DNA from: Octopus vulgaris
Lineage: Eukaryota
Reading direction: 5' to 3'
Length of the DNA stretch: 64,000 bases
Assembly: GCA_951406725.2 (NCBI GenBank)
Contig: OX597814.1
Coordinates: forward strand, 43,214,001 to 43,278,000
Shown piece by piece: positions 14,979 to 30,711 of this stretch (positions within the stretch are counted from its first letter, which is position 1; each line of letters opens with the position of its first letter). Under the pieces are notes generated by a model. The model searched no databases, was not told the origin of the DNA, and saw nothing but the letters and a program-made list of their open reading frames with translations. Position numbers and translations under genes: made by a program.

Positions 14979-15549
14979 AATTTCGGGCATTGTGCCTCGA
15001 GTAGAAAAGATTATTTGTATTGAAAATACTGAATAGACAAATCAGTACCCCAGTTAGTGTTTAATATTCTCACAGAAATTCTTCGTTTAATTAAGCCCAC
15101 AGTCTTATTTTTAAACACATTTAAACTATTTCGAATATAAATCTTTATAAAACGTGAATTTCTCATGCTTTTGTATTTTCAACAACCTACACACTCTTTT
15201 TTCAATTTCAGCTGTAATTTTAATTATATCTTTCAGAACTCATATTTGTATGTTTAATTTTCCAGCAATATCTCCCGTCACGTCATGGGAATATTTTAAG
15301 TCTCATCTTCACCAGAAAATATTCAATACATAATGTTAGCGTAATTAAACTTAATCCCTTGTATGATCGAACATTCCATTTTAAGTACCTTCAGTGGAAT
15401 ACATTTTGCTTCAAGAATTCAGACAAATCTCCTGTTTGTGTCACTTCACTCGTTATTCATACGAGTTCGCCAGTACGTCTTTGGAACACTAAAATTCTCT
15501 AAGTGTCTTAACTCATTTACAACACCCAAGCATAAAAACTGAAGTTACA

Positions 15550-16370
15550 TTTGAGAACGTGTTAGCTGAAAATGAGGACTGAAAGACATCGGAACATTGG
15601 AAGATAGTTACCTCTATCACAAAGATTCTTGCTGGGTAACACAAGGACAACATCATGACTGCTGCTCATTTCTCTGTCAACATTGTAAAGGCTGTAAAGC
15701 GTGAATCTACTAGAAACTATCGTCAATCCCTGACTGAGGAGGTTCACTGCTGGAAGGCCATATGTGTCACAGCAGGCTTCAGCTCATTGCCACACATCCA
15801 GAGAGAGTCAGGGATGATTGTGAAACAATTACCACTTCACCAGCCTCAAATTCTGACCTCCTAATTCCGTCGACTGTAATTTCATGGATTACTGTGCCTG
15901 GGTTGCGGTTGAGAAAGACACCAATTGCTTCGCTTGCAACACGAAGGTTGAGTTGGTTGGAGAAAGAAAATAAGAATAACTTTTCCTTCGTCTTAGTTTA
16001 ACAGCACTCATCGTTTGATTTTCACTGTTTTGTTCTCATTGTTCTGTCTTTTACTGTTTTTACTTTTTATTGTTTTTACTGCCTTGTTCTCACTGTCCTG
16101 TTCTTGTTACCACTTTCATCCTCCGCAAAAAATCCCAAATTCTATTTAATTTGGTTTGTGGGAAGGACTGTTTCAACGAAGTCGCGTCTTGTCCTTACCT
16201 TCGTTACGCGGAGTAGATGAAACAGTGACAACTGATGAAGGGGAATATTCTTTATGTGGTATGTCGCGTTTCTGTTTTTTTTCGTGGTTTGAAAAAAAAA
16301 TTAGTTTCTATGTTTTTGTTTTTATGTTTTCGTTTCTCATTGTCTTCAACGTTTTTTTATGTCCTGTGCC
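15550..16370. mobile_element. Unclassified interspersed repeat (probable retroelement 3' region with T-rich tail)
   Basis: Higher-GC block ending in a T-rich tail before (TA)n. No protein motif recognised. Confidence 0.3.
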
Positions 16371-16452
16371 CATATATGCATGTATATATACATATATGTG
16401 TGGGTATATACATGTATGTATGTATGTATGCATATTTTTATATATTATTTGT

Positions 16453-16530
<78 letters not shown>

Positions 16531-16533
<3 letters not shown>

Positions 16534-17275
16534 CAGTTCCGGCGTTGCTCAGGTTTGTAAGGGAAATAACTATAAAGCATTTTTAGAGAGTTATAGCCAA
16601 AAAATAGAAAAAAATGATGGTAAATTTTTTTGAGAGTTAAAACAGGTGGAGTTGCGTCCCTAGACGGTCTGTGGTTTGGGTTTCTCATTCTCGACCCCAT
16701 GTCGAATTTATCGATTTTTTCAGAACTGGGGGAACTTTTCAAAATTTTCGCTGCGTTAGTTTTGAATTATGACATTGGGCTATGTGTGTGTCAAGTTTCA
16801 TCAGAATCGGTTGAAAGCCGTGGTCAGAGTGAGGGTACGAGAAAACAGACACACAGAAACACGCACAGACAAACTGCCGTTTATATAGAGAGAGATAGCA
16901 GTATCGCCCGGCGTTGCTCAGGTTTGTAAGGGAAATAACTATAAAGCATTTTTAGAGAGTTATAGCCAAAAAATAGCAAAAAAATGGAAAAAAATGATGG
17001 TAAATTTTTTTTGAGAGTTAAAACAGGTGGAGTTGCGTCCCCTAGACGGTCTGTGGTTTGGGTTTCTCATTCTCGACCCCATGTCGAATTTATCGATTTT
17101 TTTTCAGAACTGGGGGAACTTTTCAAAATTTTCGCTGCGTTAGTTTTGAATTATGACATTGGGCTATGTGTGTGTCAAGTTTCATCAGAATCGGTTGAAA
17201 GCCGTGGTCAGAGTGAGGGTACGAGAAAACAGACACACAGAAACACGCACAGACAAACTGCCGTTTATATAGAGA
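16531..17275 (-). mobile_element. Two head-to-tail copies (~365 and ~380 bp) of a non-autonomous Helitron-like element
   Basis: Copies at 16531-16895 and 16896-17275 are near-identical. The minus strand starts TCTCT..ATATAAAC and ends with a CCTGAGCAACGCCGGG hairpin plus ACTGCTA. Confidence 0.8.
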
Positions 17276-17297
17276 TATATATATATATATATATATA

Positions 17298-17610
17298 CAG
17301 TGGTGGCCAAAATGTTCAGAACGGCATTGTTTTCGTCAGAAAAGTAGATATAATTTTTTATCAAAGTTGTTTTATATTCTATTATTTGTTATTTCCTGTG
17401 ATTTTGGTGTAATTTGATAGGATAATACAAAACTTATAGATGATTTAGTGATTTACTGCAAAACCCATGGCGGCCAAAATGATCAGAACGGTTGAAAAAA
17501 TAACAAAATAATCAAATATGAGAGAGAATACTGGAATTATTTAATATTTAGTGTGAAGCCCTTTAGATTCAATCACACTTTGACATCTTCGAGTGCATGA
17601 GGAAATTAAA
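17298..17610 (-). mobile_element. Tc1-like transposon 3' end with IR/DR terminal repeat
   Basis: Terminus TA|CAGTGGTGGCCAAAATGTTCAGAACGG has an inner repeat ATGGCGGCCAAAATGATCAGAACGG at ~17467. The minus strand encodes LISSCTRRCQSVIESKGLHTKY*, a Tc1 C-terminus. Confidence 0.85.
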
Positions 17611-20600
17611 TATGCAATTTCTTGCTATATATACACACAGGTATGTATGTATATACTCACATGGAGAAACATACGCACACCCACACGAACACGCGCACAC
17701 ACAAATACATGCACACATACATAAGTATATGACGTGTGCTTTACAATTGGGAGTTTATCCGTCACTTTACTTCCCTGCCTTATTTAGTCCATGGTTCATG
17801 GATAATATGTACTGACATACGTGCGTCGTATGTCAGCTACGGTTTTACCCAGGTACGATGTATTAGATAGGCAAGACTTGATTGTCATTGCAGTAAAATC
17901 ACAATTAGTAATCATACCTCAATCCATTACCAAATATTTTCGCTTATATATTTTTCTAGATCTTCTCCATTTCAGCCTTTTGAATAATATGCGATATGAA
18001 TCGGCAAATATTATTTAAACATTTGATTTTAAATATAATATTCGTAGTGTGCTTCGTGTATTGAAGGATATATACTTCGTTTATAACGATAAAACTTCAC
18101 TAATTCGTATAAGTGTGTGAGCCTCTATTACTCACTTTCAAGGGTAGTGTCAAGCCCTACACTTAACTAAATATCATAACCAGTTGTGAGTTTCAACCTT
18201 TGCTTCAATATTCAGTATAATCCGATGCGAGTCATCAGAATCAGTATACGCTAGTGCACGGGAGACTGATGAAGATAAGAACAATATAGTATAACATTTT
18301 TCAAATGGTATGTAAACATTACGGCATCTTCATGATAGGTGTGTATGTTATATAACGCACATACAAACCATGCCTCTTTTCTGTATATAATACATATACA
18401 TATATACATACATTCACACATACACTCAAATATACACAAACTTACACACATACGCACACACACACATAGACACATATATATATATATGTATCTATTTATG
18501 TATATATGAAATTACATATATATATATATATACATACATACATGCAATCATACATGCATAGATAAAACACACACACACACATATATATATATACGTCCTT
18601 CCATATGAACACATATATACATGTGTTTTTCATTTACCATTTCCTTGTTGTTTTGTTTTTAAACGTTACCAACATTTTTAGAAATTTTAAAGCGTTCGAT
18701 TTCATTATTTTATCGATCCACATTAATAAACCACTAGTCTTCTTAATATTCCCGCTCTGTTCGTCATCCACCTCTGCTTTATGTGTTTCATTAAATGCTC
18801 GGCGATATCAACTATTACAAGAACATTTTTTTTTTTTAAATGACTTCCCATTCATTTAAATATTCTCATTTAAATTTCGTTTGCTTCATCTCATTACAAT
18901 ATTTCTATTCTCAAATTTGATCACTTAATCAAAAATATCTCCATCTACACAAACATCTACACAATGTGCGGCAAACTGAATCCGGTAAATACTCATACGC
19001 TGACATTGACAGCCATTTTTATTTTGACTTCATTTTCCATAGCGCTGATGTGTATTATAAACGCTTCCATATGTGCACATGTCTGTACACGCGAATATGC
19101 ATATTCGTGAGCGTTATTTTTTTGTGTAATATGTTCTCTAGCTTCTTTCATAATAACAGATGATCTTATTGTTATTCCTTTCATGTGACACATATTAATC
19201 GACGGGCTAATTTTATTAGCTGTTGTTGAATTCTCATCGCATGCACACATAACGCACACTCAAAATATTCTACACATCTGCATATACATACATTCCATTG
19301 GTGGCTTTTTCTAACATATCCGCTATATTATTCCTAAAATATTTCAATAATTTGCATTCCTTTAAAAATAAATCAAACTTGTTTTATAATTGCAATGCTT
19401 TGTGATGAATTCAAATTCAAATTAAATATTACAGTGAACAAATAAATGTTAAAATATAAATGACGATAGTATGGTTTCAAAATACATAAATATCGGATGC
19501 AAGTATAATTACAACAATAGTATACATGCACATCCATAGAGATATCTGTAAATATGTAAATAGTTATAAGAACAGGGAGGATACAACAAATATTAAACGA
19601 ACTGAAGCAATTAATAAAATCTCGGTTGCATTAATTTTAGTTTGATTCAATATCATCATAAACAACATACCTTCATTCAACATCAGACTACCGCCATCCG
19701 CTACCACACCAGTCACAACCTCTACCAAAACCACCACCAACAACAACAACAGCAATAATAAAAAATAACAGCAATAACAACAACAACAGAACGGTCACAA
19801 TCAGCAGCAGCAGCATTTTCAACAGCAATATAATTATCATCAGTCTAACCATAATCTTCATTATCTTATTTATGAACACTTTAAATCTTCCATGCTCGTA
19901 TCGTAGTTATCACACTTACATTCATAGACACTCCCATTATGACTGTGAGAGAAACATCATCTTTTCCGTACGTCGAATTCTTTTTATTTTATTACATAAT
20001 CTGACATTTTAGACTAAGAACATTCACAATGACAGAACTACAAAATTTGCTCATCATTATCATCGTTATTGCAATCATATATTTTTTTCTTTTTATATAT
20101 ATATCATACACGTTATTTTCATCATGCGGTTGCCATAAACGTCTCCATTACAAATGAGAATGTAATAATTTATAAAGCCACTGAAATCTTTGACGTACAA
20201 TATCTTTGAGAGGGTTACCAGTTATGATGAAAAATCCCTCCCTGCAACGTGAGAGACTTACCACCACTGGGCACGATTGCATTTTATGTTGATCTCAGTG
20301 CATGTTTTAAGGTGACAGTAGCATCGTAGTGATTATCAGTAACTCTAAATCTAACTTCAAGAGATATGTTAATCGAAGCTAATGAGACAGACTTCGTCCC
20401 TAACCCGTTGTGCGAAAACTCGGTAGCTGTTGCCTTGGAAGCTCTATTGTTATAATTATCATTATCACCATCATCATCATAGGTAGTAGCAGCAGCAGCA
20501 TCGCTATCATCATTGGAATCATATTCTTATGAGTTTTACTTCCTTCAATTTTGTTTTAATTCCTAGCTAAATGTATTCCGACAGCTAGGGCAGAGCTACT

Positions 20601-20699
20601 GTACACATTGATAAGCCATTAAAATAAACACACCATTTCATTTACAAAATCCAATAATAATATAAAAAGATATTATTTACATGCAAGTTATCGTTCTCA

Positions 20700-21240
20700 C
20701 TGCAACAATTCTCTTCTCATTACATATGGCATTCAACTTAAAAAGATATTTGTAGTTCTTTGTGAGATTGTAATCCCGAGAGCATTCCTATATAATTTTC
20801 AGTTCTGTTTTTTTTTTATTATTCCTGGTGCTCGTACGATCACAGATATCGCACTCGCCTTGTGATGTCACACTTCTTTTTCCAATTCAAAGAAACAATC
20901 TTTATATTTCTGAGCTTGTCAAATTCATTTCCAGAAAAATTAAGATCATAAGGGATACACATCTCGATCAATAAGCAGACTTTAGCACTGCGATCTAATA
21001 CAATACTCGGTTTATTATCTTTGTTGATTCTGTCTCTTGGAAAGTCCCAAGGAAAAATTGGATTTTTTCCCCTCAGTTACAGCTTCAAGCTGATGATTAC
21101 ATCACTAGTCAACAGCTTTGATCCTATAAGACCAACATGTTAACCGCGCAAATTCTACGGTGCCTTGATTAATACTCGACTCGTGCTGCTATAATTTAGG
21201 ACGTCGCACATTATCCAATATCGTGATGCTGTTGATTGAA
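20700..21240 (-). mobile_element. Highly degenerate RLE (restriction-like endonuclease) domain of an R4/Dong-like non-LTR element
   Basis: Minus strand reads WDFPRDRINKDNKPSIVLDRS.KVCLLIEMCIPYD, homologous to the WD..TD...NRPD...C.LID..P motif of the neighbouring elements. Confidence 0.6.
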
Positions 21241-21244
21241 GGTA

Positions 21245-21895
21245 TTGTATCTACCAGTAGTTTGTACTAGCTGTCAAGCTACAAGATGGTCTTCAGACAG
21301 ACAATACTTTACGCAATATGCTTGCTGTTCCAAGTTATGGCGATTTTTTGCAATACACCTTGATTGTAGGGAAGTTCTAAAGTTTCTACATGTTCCTTCA
21401 GTCTGTATGGTATTGAACCCAATGCTTCGATGACAACATAGTCGACATTTATGTATGTCTCTCGTAGCTTCCACATATTGTTGATTACAATTCTCAGGTC
21501 ATCATATTTATCAATCTTTTCTCTTTCTTTCATGATATTTTGATCACCTGGCACTGCGCCATCGATTATTAAGCACTCTTGTTTGTCCCTCCTACTACCT
21601 TGTCTGTCTAGAATCAAAGTCCCAGAGGATTTTGCCTTCCTCTATTCATCCATTACCTTTTCCGGTGTATGTTGGTGTCAAGGATGCGTCACCTCGTATC
21701 CATACTTGCAGCAGAGTAGCCATTGAAAGTTTTGGGCTAACATATTATGTCCGTACTTGTACTCTTTCTGCGCAACACTTTCACATGCAATAACTATGTG
21801 AGTCACGCATTTGACCGTCTTCCCACACATTCTGCAGAGATTCGTTGCATATATATCCATTTTCACTGAACCTGGGCAGTGATGATTAGGCATTC
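21245..21895 (-). mobile_element. R4/Dong-like non-LTR element, CCHC + RLE C-terminal fragment
   Basis: ORFs 21678-21893 (CRMCGKTVKCVTHIVIAC..AQKEYK..H) and 21309-21617 (CLIIDGAVPGD.N..KEREKIDKYDDL...VVIEALGSI...LQKIA). Confidence 0.85.
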
Positions 21896-21984
21896 TGTAT
21901 TCTTTTTTAGGTTATTAGACATTCTTGTTTGTTCCTCCTAAAAGTTACTATATCCAGCATTCAGTGGTCTGGAAAAGTACTTTT

Positions 21985-25030
<3,046 letters not shown>

Positions 25031-25957
25031 GACGTACAGTAGGACTGTGTGGGTTTAGTACAAATAAGAAAGTGGTATAATGGATTCGAAACCCTGATCA
25101 GAAACTTTCGGCTTTCTGACAGGTATCGATTGTTTCCCTGATACGCCAGTGTGGATATGGAACAATCACAATGGGTCATCCAGATTGTATCTATATAGAA
25201 TGTTTTAGATCAGCAGATAAGGATAGTATAGGGTTTCCCCGATTGAAATTGGTCGACTACAATTTGAAATTGGTCGACTGTGATTTGCACAGTTAATTTC
25301 TATAGGATGAGTGGACATGATTCCAGTTACTGGAAGTTGAACGTGTCCTTTCCGGCGCACAAAGACTGCAGGGACCCGATTAGTAAACTGATTAGGCAGC
25401 AGTTGAAGTAGGTAATCGTTAACTCTGGAGTTGCATAGCCCTGAAGAGTGCGATTAGGACATAATCAGTAGAGTTTACCAAAAAGTTAGTTATAGAAAGA
25501 AACGGATTAGAGGGAGAACTAGAAGAAGCGATTAGTAAACACATGGCTAATGGCGTGTTTAGCGGCAAGAATGGCTCTTGACTATTTCTTTGAGGTGAAT
25601 CACAAAGGTTGCGTTGTCAGAGCTAAACCAGTGCGCTAAAGCATGAGGAAACTGAAGCGGTCCGAAAGCCCCGAACGATGGAGACTTGACGAGACTACAA
25701 AACCATGATCACTTCTTTGATGGATCGTGAAGGGGGCGTACTACATGGTTCTTAGAAGTTGTGTGCGGCTTTTCAACAGCACTTCCCGCAACTCCTTGGA
25801 GACGACGATGCGTCAACAACGGTGACGAAATTAAGTTCGTACCAGGATGAGCTGCGGCTGCTCTCGGTGGCGGGCTCGAGGTTCTTCCAAAAGCAGGTAA
25901 ACGCCACTGAAATACCAGATGTGTCGAGCGATTGCACAAGTTGCATATCATCAAGTT

Positions 25958-27760
25958 TAGGTGGTCTGTCCTATAAATTCTATGTATTCATGTCAGATTT
26001 GTTTGGCAACCCTTTGGCAGGCGTTAAACGCAACTGGTAAAATAAAGGGAAAATTCCCAGTGCTGATAGTCGGGCTGTGGTGACGCTGACAGTGAGAACA
26101 TACTAAGGAATTTTCGGCCCATAACTCTGGTAAACGCAAAGTCTGAGATTTTGGCCAAGGTCTTAGCGAAAATGTTGGGGCTTGTCATTGGTATTCTAAT
26201 AGGGGAAGTACAAACGTGTACCATCCCCAACAGGTCTATCCACGAAAGCGTCCACCTTATGCAATACTTCTTATAGATGGTTGGAACTAAAGATGGCTTC
26301 GGTGGGGCACGGATATATTTGGATCAATTAAAATCATTCGATAGGGCTACTTGGAAGCCGTCCCTGAAGCGGTCGGTTTCAGACCCCTTCTCAGAGGATA
26401 GATCACTGCAATGCACAGCGGTACCTGCTCAGTGGTCAAAGTAAATGACCATCTATCGAGACCATTTAGCATCGCACTGTCGGTCCCTCAGGGCTGCCTA
26501 CTCTCACCTCTTTTGTACCTGTTGGCTCCCGAGCCACTGCTACGGAAGTTGGAACAATTGAGAGGCATCCTTTCTGAATTGGGTCTCGGAAGTGCAGTGT
26601 CTGCAAATGCGGACGACGTAACTCTCATGGTGTCAGACGCCTTCGATGTGGAGACGGTTGGCTCCATTCCAGAAGAATATGAGTCAGTTGAAGCGACTAA
26701 AATCAATGCCGAGAGGTCGGTGGGCTTGCGGCTGGGCACCTCTTGAGGCAAGTCGATGCTGCCAGACAACGCCGTCGGACGCTATACTGATGGACCAGTT
26801 AAAGTGCTCGAGGTGTAGTTTGGTCTGACTACCAGGCGGATAAGGATTGAGACGAGTTGACGATAGGGCTACTTGGAAGCCGTCCCTGAAGTGTGACCGA
26901 TCTTACCCAGAAATCGGCTGAGTGGAAGCCATACGTGAAAAGTCGGGCAAAGATGACGAATGCCTACATCGTACCCGTTATCATTTATCGTCTAGCCGTC
27001 GTGCTTACTCCAGTTGTTGTTTGACCAAGTTGCAGCAACTTAATGTTCTTGTTAATGTTCTTGTTAATGCAGTTGTCAGGCAGTTAATCTGCTTTCAGCT
27101 CCCTCTGAGTGGCGGCTTAGGCATGCGGTGGAGTTTGAGCCGCAAACATGCGCTCAGGTTGCGCTACCTGCAACCATTTGTAGAAGGTGACCGTGTGGGG
27201 GCTCACTGTCCTCTACCAGTCGGGCAACGGCGACGAGATTTAGTTCGTACCTGGATCACCTGCAGGTAAACGCCACTGAAATACGAGATGCGGCTTAGGC
27301 ATGCGGTGGCGTTTGATACATAACTAAATGGGAACATATAGTTATTTATAGCGGATAAGTGGCGGTAAATTGCGGCAACATCCTAGGGGAGAATCTTGGC
27401 GTTGCGGATATTATGGATCATTCCCAAACGCCTTGAAAAGCAAATTGAAGGTGGCAAGGGAGGCGCTGTCCTCGAGTGAATTCCTGAAAAGGTGGGACAA
27501 AGTTACGAAAAGGGTAACAGTGGATGGTACCGCTCTCAGTGTAGGCCTATGAGTCGGAGGAAAGGAGTTGGAAAAGGGATTTGTCTGTGGTCAGTGTTAT
27601 ATTGAATGGTGGGGTTCCTCGGTCATACCTCGTGGTCCTTCTGTATCCGGAAAACCCACATCACATTTGTTTCCTTATTGCTGTATACTATGTATACGTC
27701 ACTTCTTTTTATATCATTCTATTATATGTACACCTACACACTTCGGCCTTGTGGCAAAGA
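25958..27760 (+). mobile_element. L1/Tx1-like non-LTR retrotransposon RT region, degenerate
   Basis: Reads NFRPITLVNAKSEILAKVLA, QTCTIPNRSI, LDQLKSFDR, VPQGCLLSPLLYLLAPEPLLRKL, SANADDVT, KINAERS and LPLSGGLGM. Confidence 0.85.
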
Positions 27761-27764
27761 GAAG

Positions 27765-27990
<226 letters not shown>

Positions 27991-28491
27991 TACTACTACT
28001 GAAAAAATCCGCAAAGGATATTAGCAATTCAAATTCTACGTAGGATTTCTTACACAGTGCCGAGATTATTTTCCCACGCTTATAGTCTAGCCATGATATA
28101 GGAAGAAATTAAATAGTGTCATCAATGAAATTAACTATAATATAGGTACATCTATTTGAAAGATTATTCAATTAAGATAGCTATCTGTGACGTATACACC
28201 GTTGAGAATTAAGATAATGTTTATTTTTGTCTAAGAATATATCTTCATAAGTATGGTGCGTTAAAAACATCATATATTCCTCAATAAAATAAAATTGCCG
28301 TTGAATTGATTCATGTGAATGCTTGACCCATTTCGGCCTTCCTGCGCTCCATCAAAGACGTGTAGTAAATAATCGCGAGTCGACACTATCTACCCACACA
28401 AGAACATAAGTAACAGGGAATAATGCTTTCAATGACACTACGAATAATGGCCGATTAAATAGCATTACTTAGAGAATTATGCTACTTAGTG

Positions 28492-28578
<87 letters not shown>

Positions 28579-28582
<4 letters not shown>

Positions 28583-28715
28583 GGAGTGTCTATGAGGTAA
28601 GTAGCTTGCTAAACAACCACATGGTTCGGGGTTCAGTCCCACTGCATGGCACCTTGAGTAAGTGTGTTCAACTCTAGCCTCGGGTCGACCAAAGAATGGA
28701 TCCCGCCGTATATAT
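28579..28715 (+). mobile_element. SINE family A 5' part (tRNA-like head)
   Basis: GCAGGAGTG..TGAGGTAAGTAGCTTGCT...GGGTTCAGTCCCACTGC (Pol III B-box-like), followed by AAGTGTG..CT.TAGCCTCGGG.CGACCAAAG. Confidence 0.7.
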
Positions 28716-28814
28716 GTGTGTGTGTGTGCGGGGTGTATGCACTTATCTATTATGTATATATCTATATATCTATCTATCTATCTATATACTTATATATATA
28801 TATGTATATATTTT

Positions 28815-29124
28815 ATATTATATTGAGGGTACTACTAATCGTAGATACCAACACGCTAAGAGGGACCAATGCGGTCAAAACTACTAAAAATAAACAAAAT
28901 TTTACCGAATGCAAAACTTCAAAACACATCATTTTAAAAAAGAATTCAGTTACATATCACATGTGATTTCGCATTTAATGCAGAATATGCATTTCATGTT
29001 CATCAGTGCAACAAACTCAAGAAATATAAGAGAAAACATAACATTACAAGCTCGATAGCCAACCGTAGAATTCATCGTAGCATGCACGAATGTTTATCTT
29101 TACATATCTATGAAAATGGCGGTC

Positions 29125-29130
<6 letters not shown>
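28815..29130 (-). mobile_element. Short non-coding element between (TA)n tracts carrying a hammerhead motif (Penelope pLTR/retrozyme-like)
   Basis: ~315 bp of unique sequence bounded by AT microsatellite. It contains the HHR at 28949-29012 and shares a terminal motif with the element starting near 63500. Confidence 0.6.
28949..29012 (-). ncRNA. Type I hammerhead ribozyme motif
   Basis: Minus strand: GUUGCA-CUGAUGA-A[CAU GA AAUGCA UAUUC UGCAUU AA AUG]C-GAA-AUCACAUGUGAU-A-UGUAAC. Stem I is 6 bp, stem II is long, and stem III is palindromic. Confidence 0.82.
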
Positions 29131-29181
<51 letters not shown>

Positions 29182-29259
29182 ATTTATGTATATATATGTA
29201 TGTATATATATTATATTTATGTATATATATGTATATATATATATATATGTATGTATTTG

Positions 29260-29295
<36 letters not shown>

Positions 29296-29315
29296 TATAT
29301 ATATAGATATATATA

Positions 29316-29701
29316 CTTTCCGGTCAGAGTTGCGGTCATGCTGATGCACAGCCGTTTTGCTACACAGTTATTACTGAGAGCCTCCTCTAATATGTGGCAC
29401 TTATTGAAGAATGGTGTTTGATGTAGGTACCCTCATTTGCGTCTCTTGCCGTGAGGTAGGTTCATCTAGAACTCTCGACAGGAAGAGGTCCAACTTTGAT
29501 TTTAAAATACCTAATCTACTTTGTGCAGGTTCCTCAGGCTCTTATTAAAAGGTTGTGGGCCCCTGAAACTCTGGCTGTTGCAGACACTGGTACTAAAGCG
29601 CGGTGGTGTTGCTGGGATCTTTGGCACTATGCAGTGTCGTCCCGTTCTGGTATTGGTGTAACTTTCAATGCCAAAATTTGGCACAATTCATTCCAGGTTT
29701 T

Positions 29702-29705
<4 letters not shown>
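29316..29705 (-). mobile_element. CR1/L2-group LINE 3' end
   Basis: Minus strand reads LE*IVPNFGIESYTNTRTGRHCIVPKI...FRGPQPFN...KLDLFLSRVLDEP. It is homologous to the copy at 52036-52925. Confidence 0.75.
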
Positions 29706-29757
<52 letters not shown>

Positions 29758-29761
<4 letters not shown>

Positions 29762-30711
29762 GACAAATTCATCGTCAGGAACTTTGTAAGGTTCAGTATA
29801 TAGTAAAGCAAATAAAAGGGCTAGCAGCAGGCTGCTTCACTTCATACCGAAGGAATTAGAAATGGCAGTCAAAGACTGTTTTTTCCATTTTCTGTAAGTG
29901 GAGATTCCAAAAACGAAGGCCCGTGCGGCTCACTTACACAAAACCGGTGTAGCAAATAGACGCAAACAGTCACTTACCGTTAATAACGAACATGTTTCTG
30001 GATCACAAACTTGGAAAAGTAGTTTGATTTCCTTCTTCGTCGCTATATTCGATAGATTTACCAAATGCCACAGGCCCTCACTTCTGACCCAGCGACATCA
30101 GATAGTGGGGGGAAGTGTGCATATGTTAAAACTAAGTAATGACTGGGAACGTAAATTTTCCCTCCAAAATTCTGTCATGCGCGCCTTCTGGGTAATCGTA
30201 ATGGAATAAGGGATCCACATGGTAATGCAATAAAAATGGTAAATAATTTTTCTGTGGTTTTTCATGTAACCAACTATTATTTACCGGTAAATTTCGGTAT
30301 GTAAATACGACACATTGATCATCAGGAACTTTGCAAGGTTCATTATATAGTAAAGCAAATAAAAGGGCTAGCAGCAGGCTGCTTCGCCTCATACCGAAGG
30401 AATTAGAAATGTCAGTCAAAGACTGTTTTTTCCATTTTCTGTAAGTGGAGATTCCAAAAACGAAGGCCCGTGCGGCTCACATACACAAAACCGGAGTAGC
30501 AAATAGACGCAAACAGTCACTTACCGTTAATAACGAACATGTTTCTGGATCACAAACTTGGAAAAGTAGTTTGATTTCCTTCTTCGTCGCTATATTCGAT
30601 AGATTTACCAAATGCCACAGGCTCTCACTTCTGACCCAGCGACATCAGATAGTGGGGGGAAGTGTGCATATGTTAAAACTAAGTAATGACTGGGAACGTA
30701 AATTTTCCCTC

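Noticed and set aside
16215-16260. CTGATGAAGGGG as a hammerhead core
   Set aside because: There is no downstream stem II-GAAA-stem III, and the upstream GAAAC does not give a convincing permuted fold.
18230-18280. TCATCAG / CTGATGA pair
   Set aside because: No GAAA box or helices in the required arrangement.
19670-19870. Poly-Q/T/N-like low-complexity coding candidate (also 39850-39990)
   Set aside because: Degenerate (CAA)/(CAC) microsatellite with no flanking coding signal.
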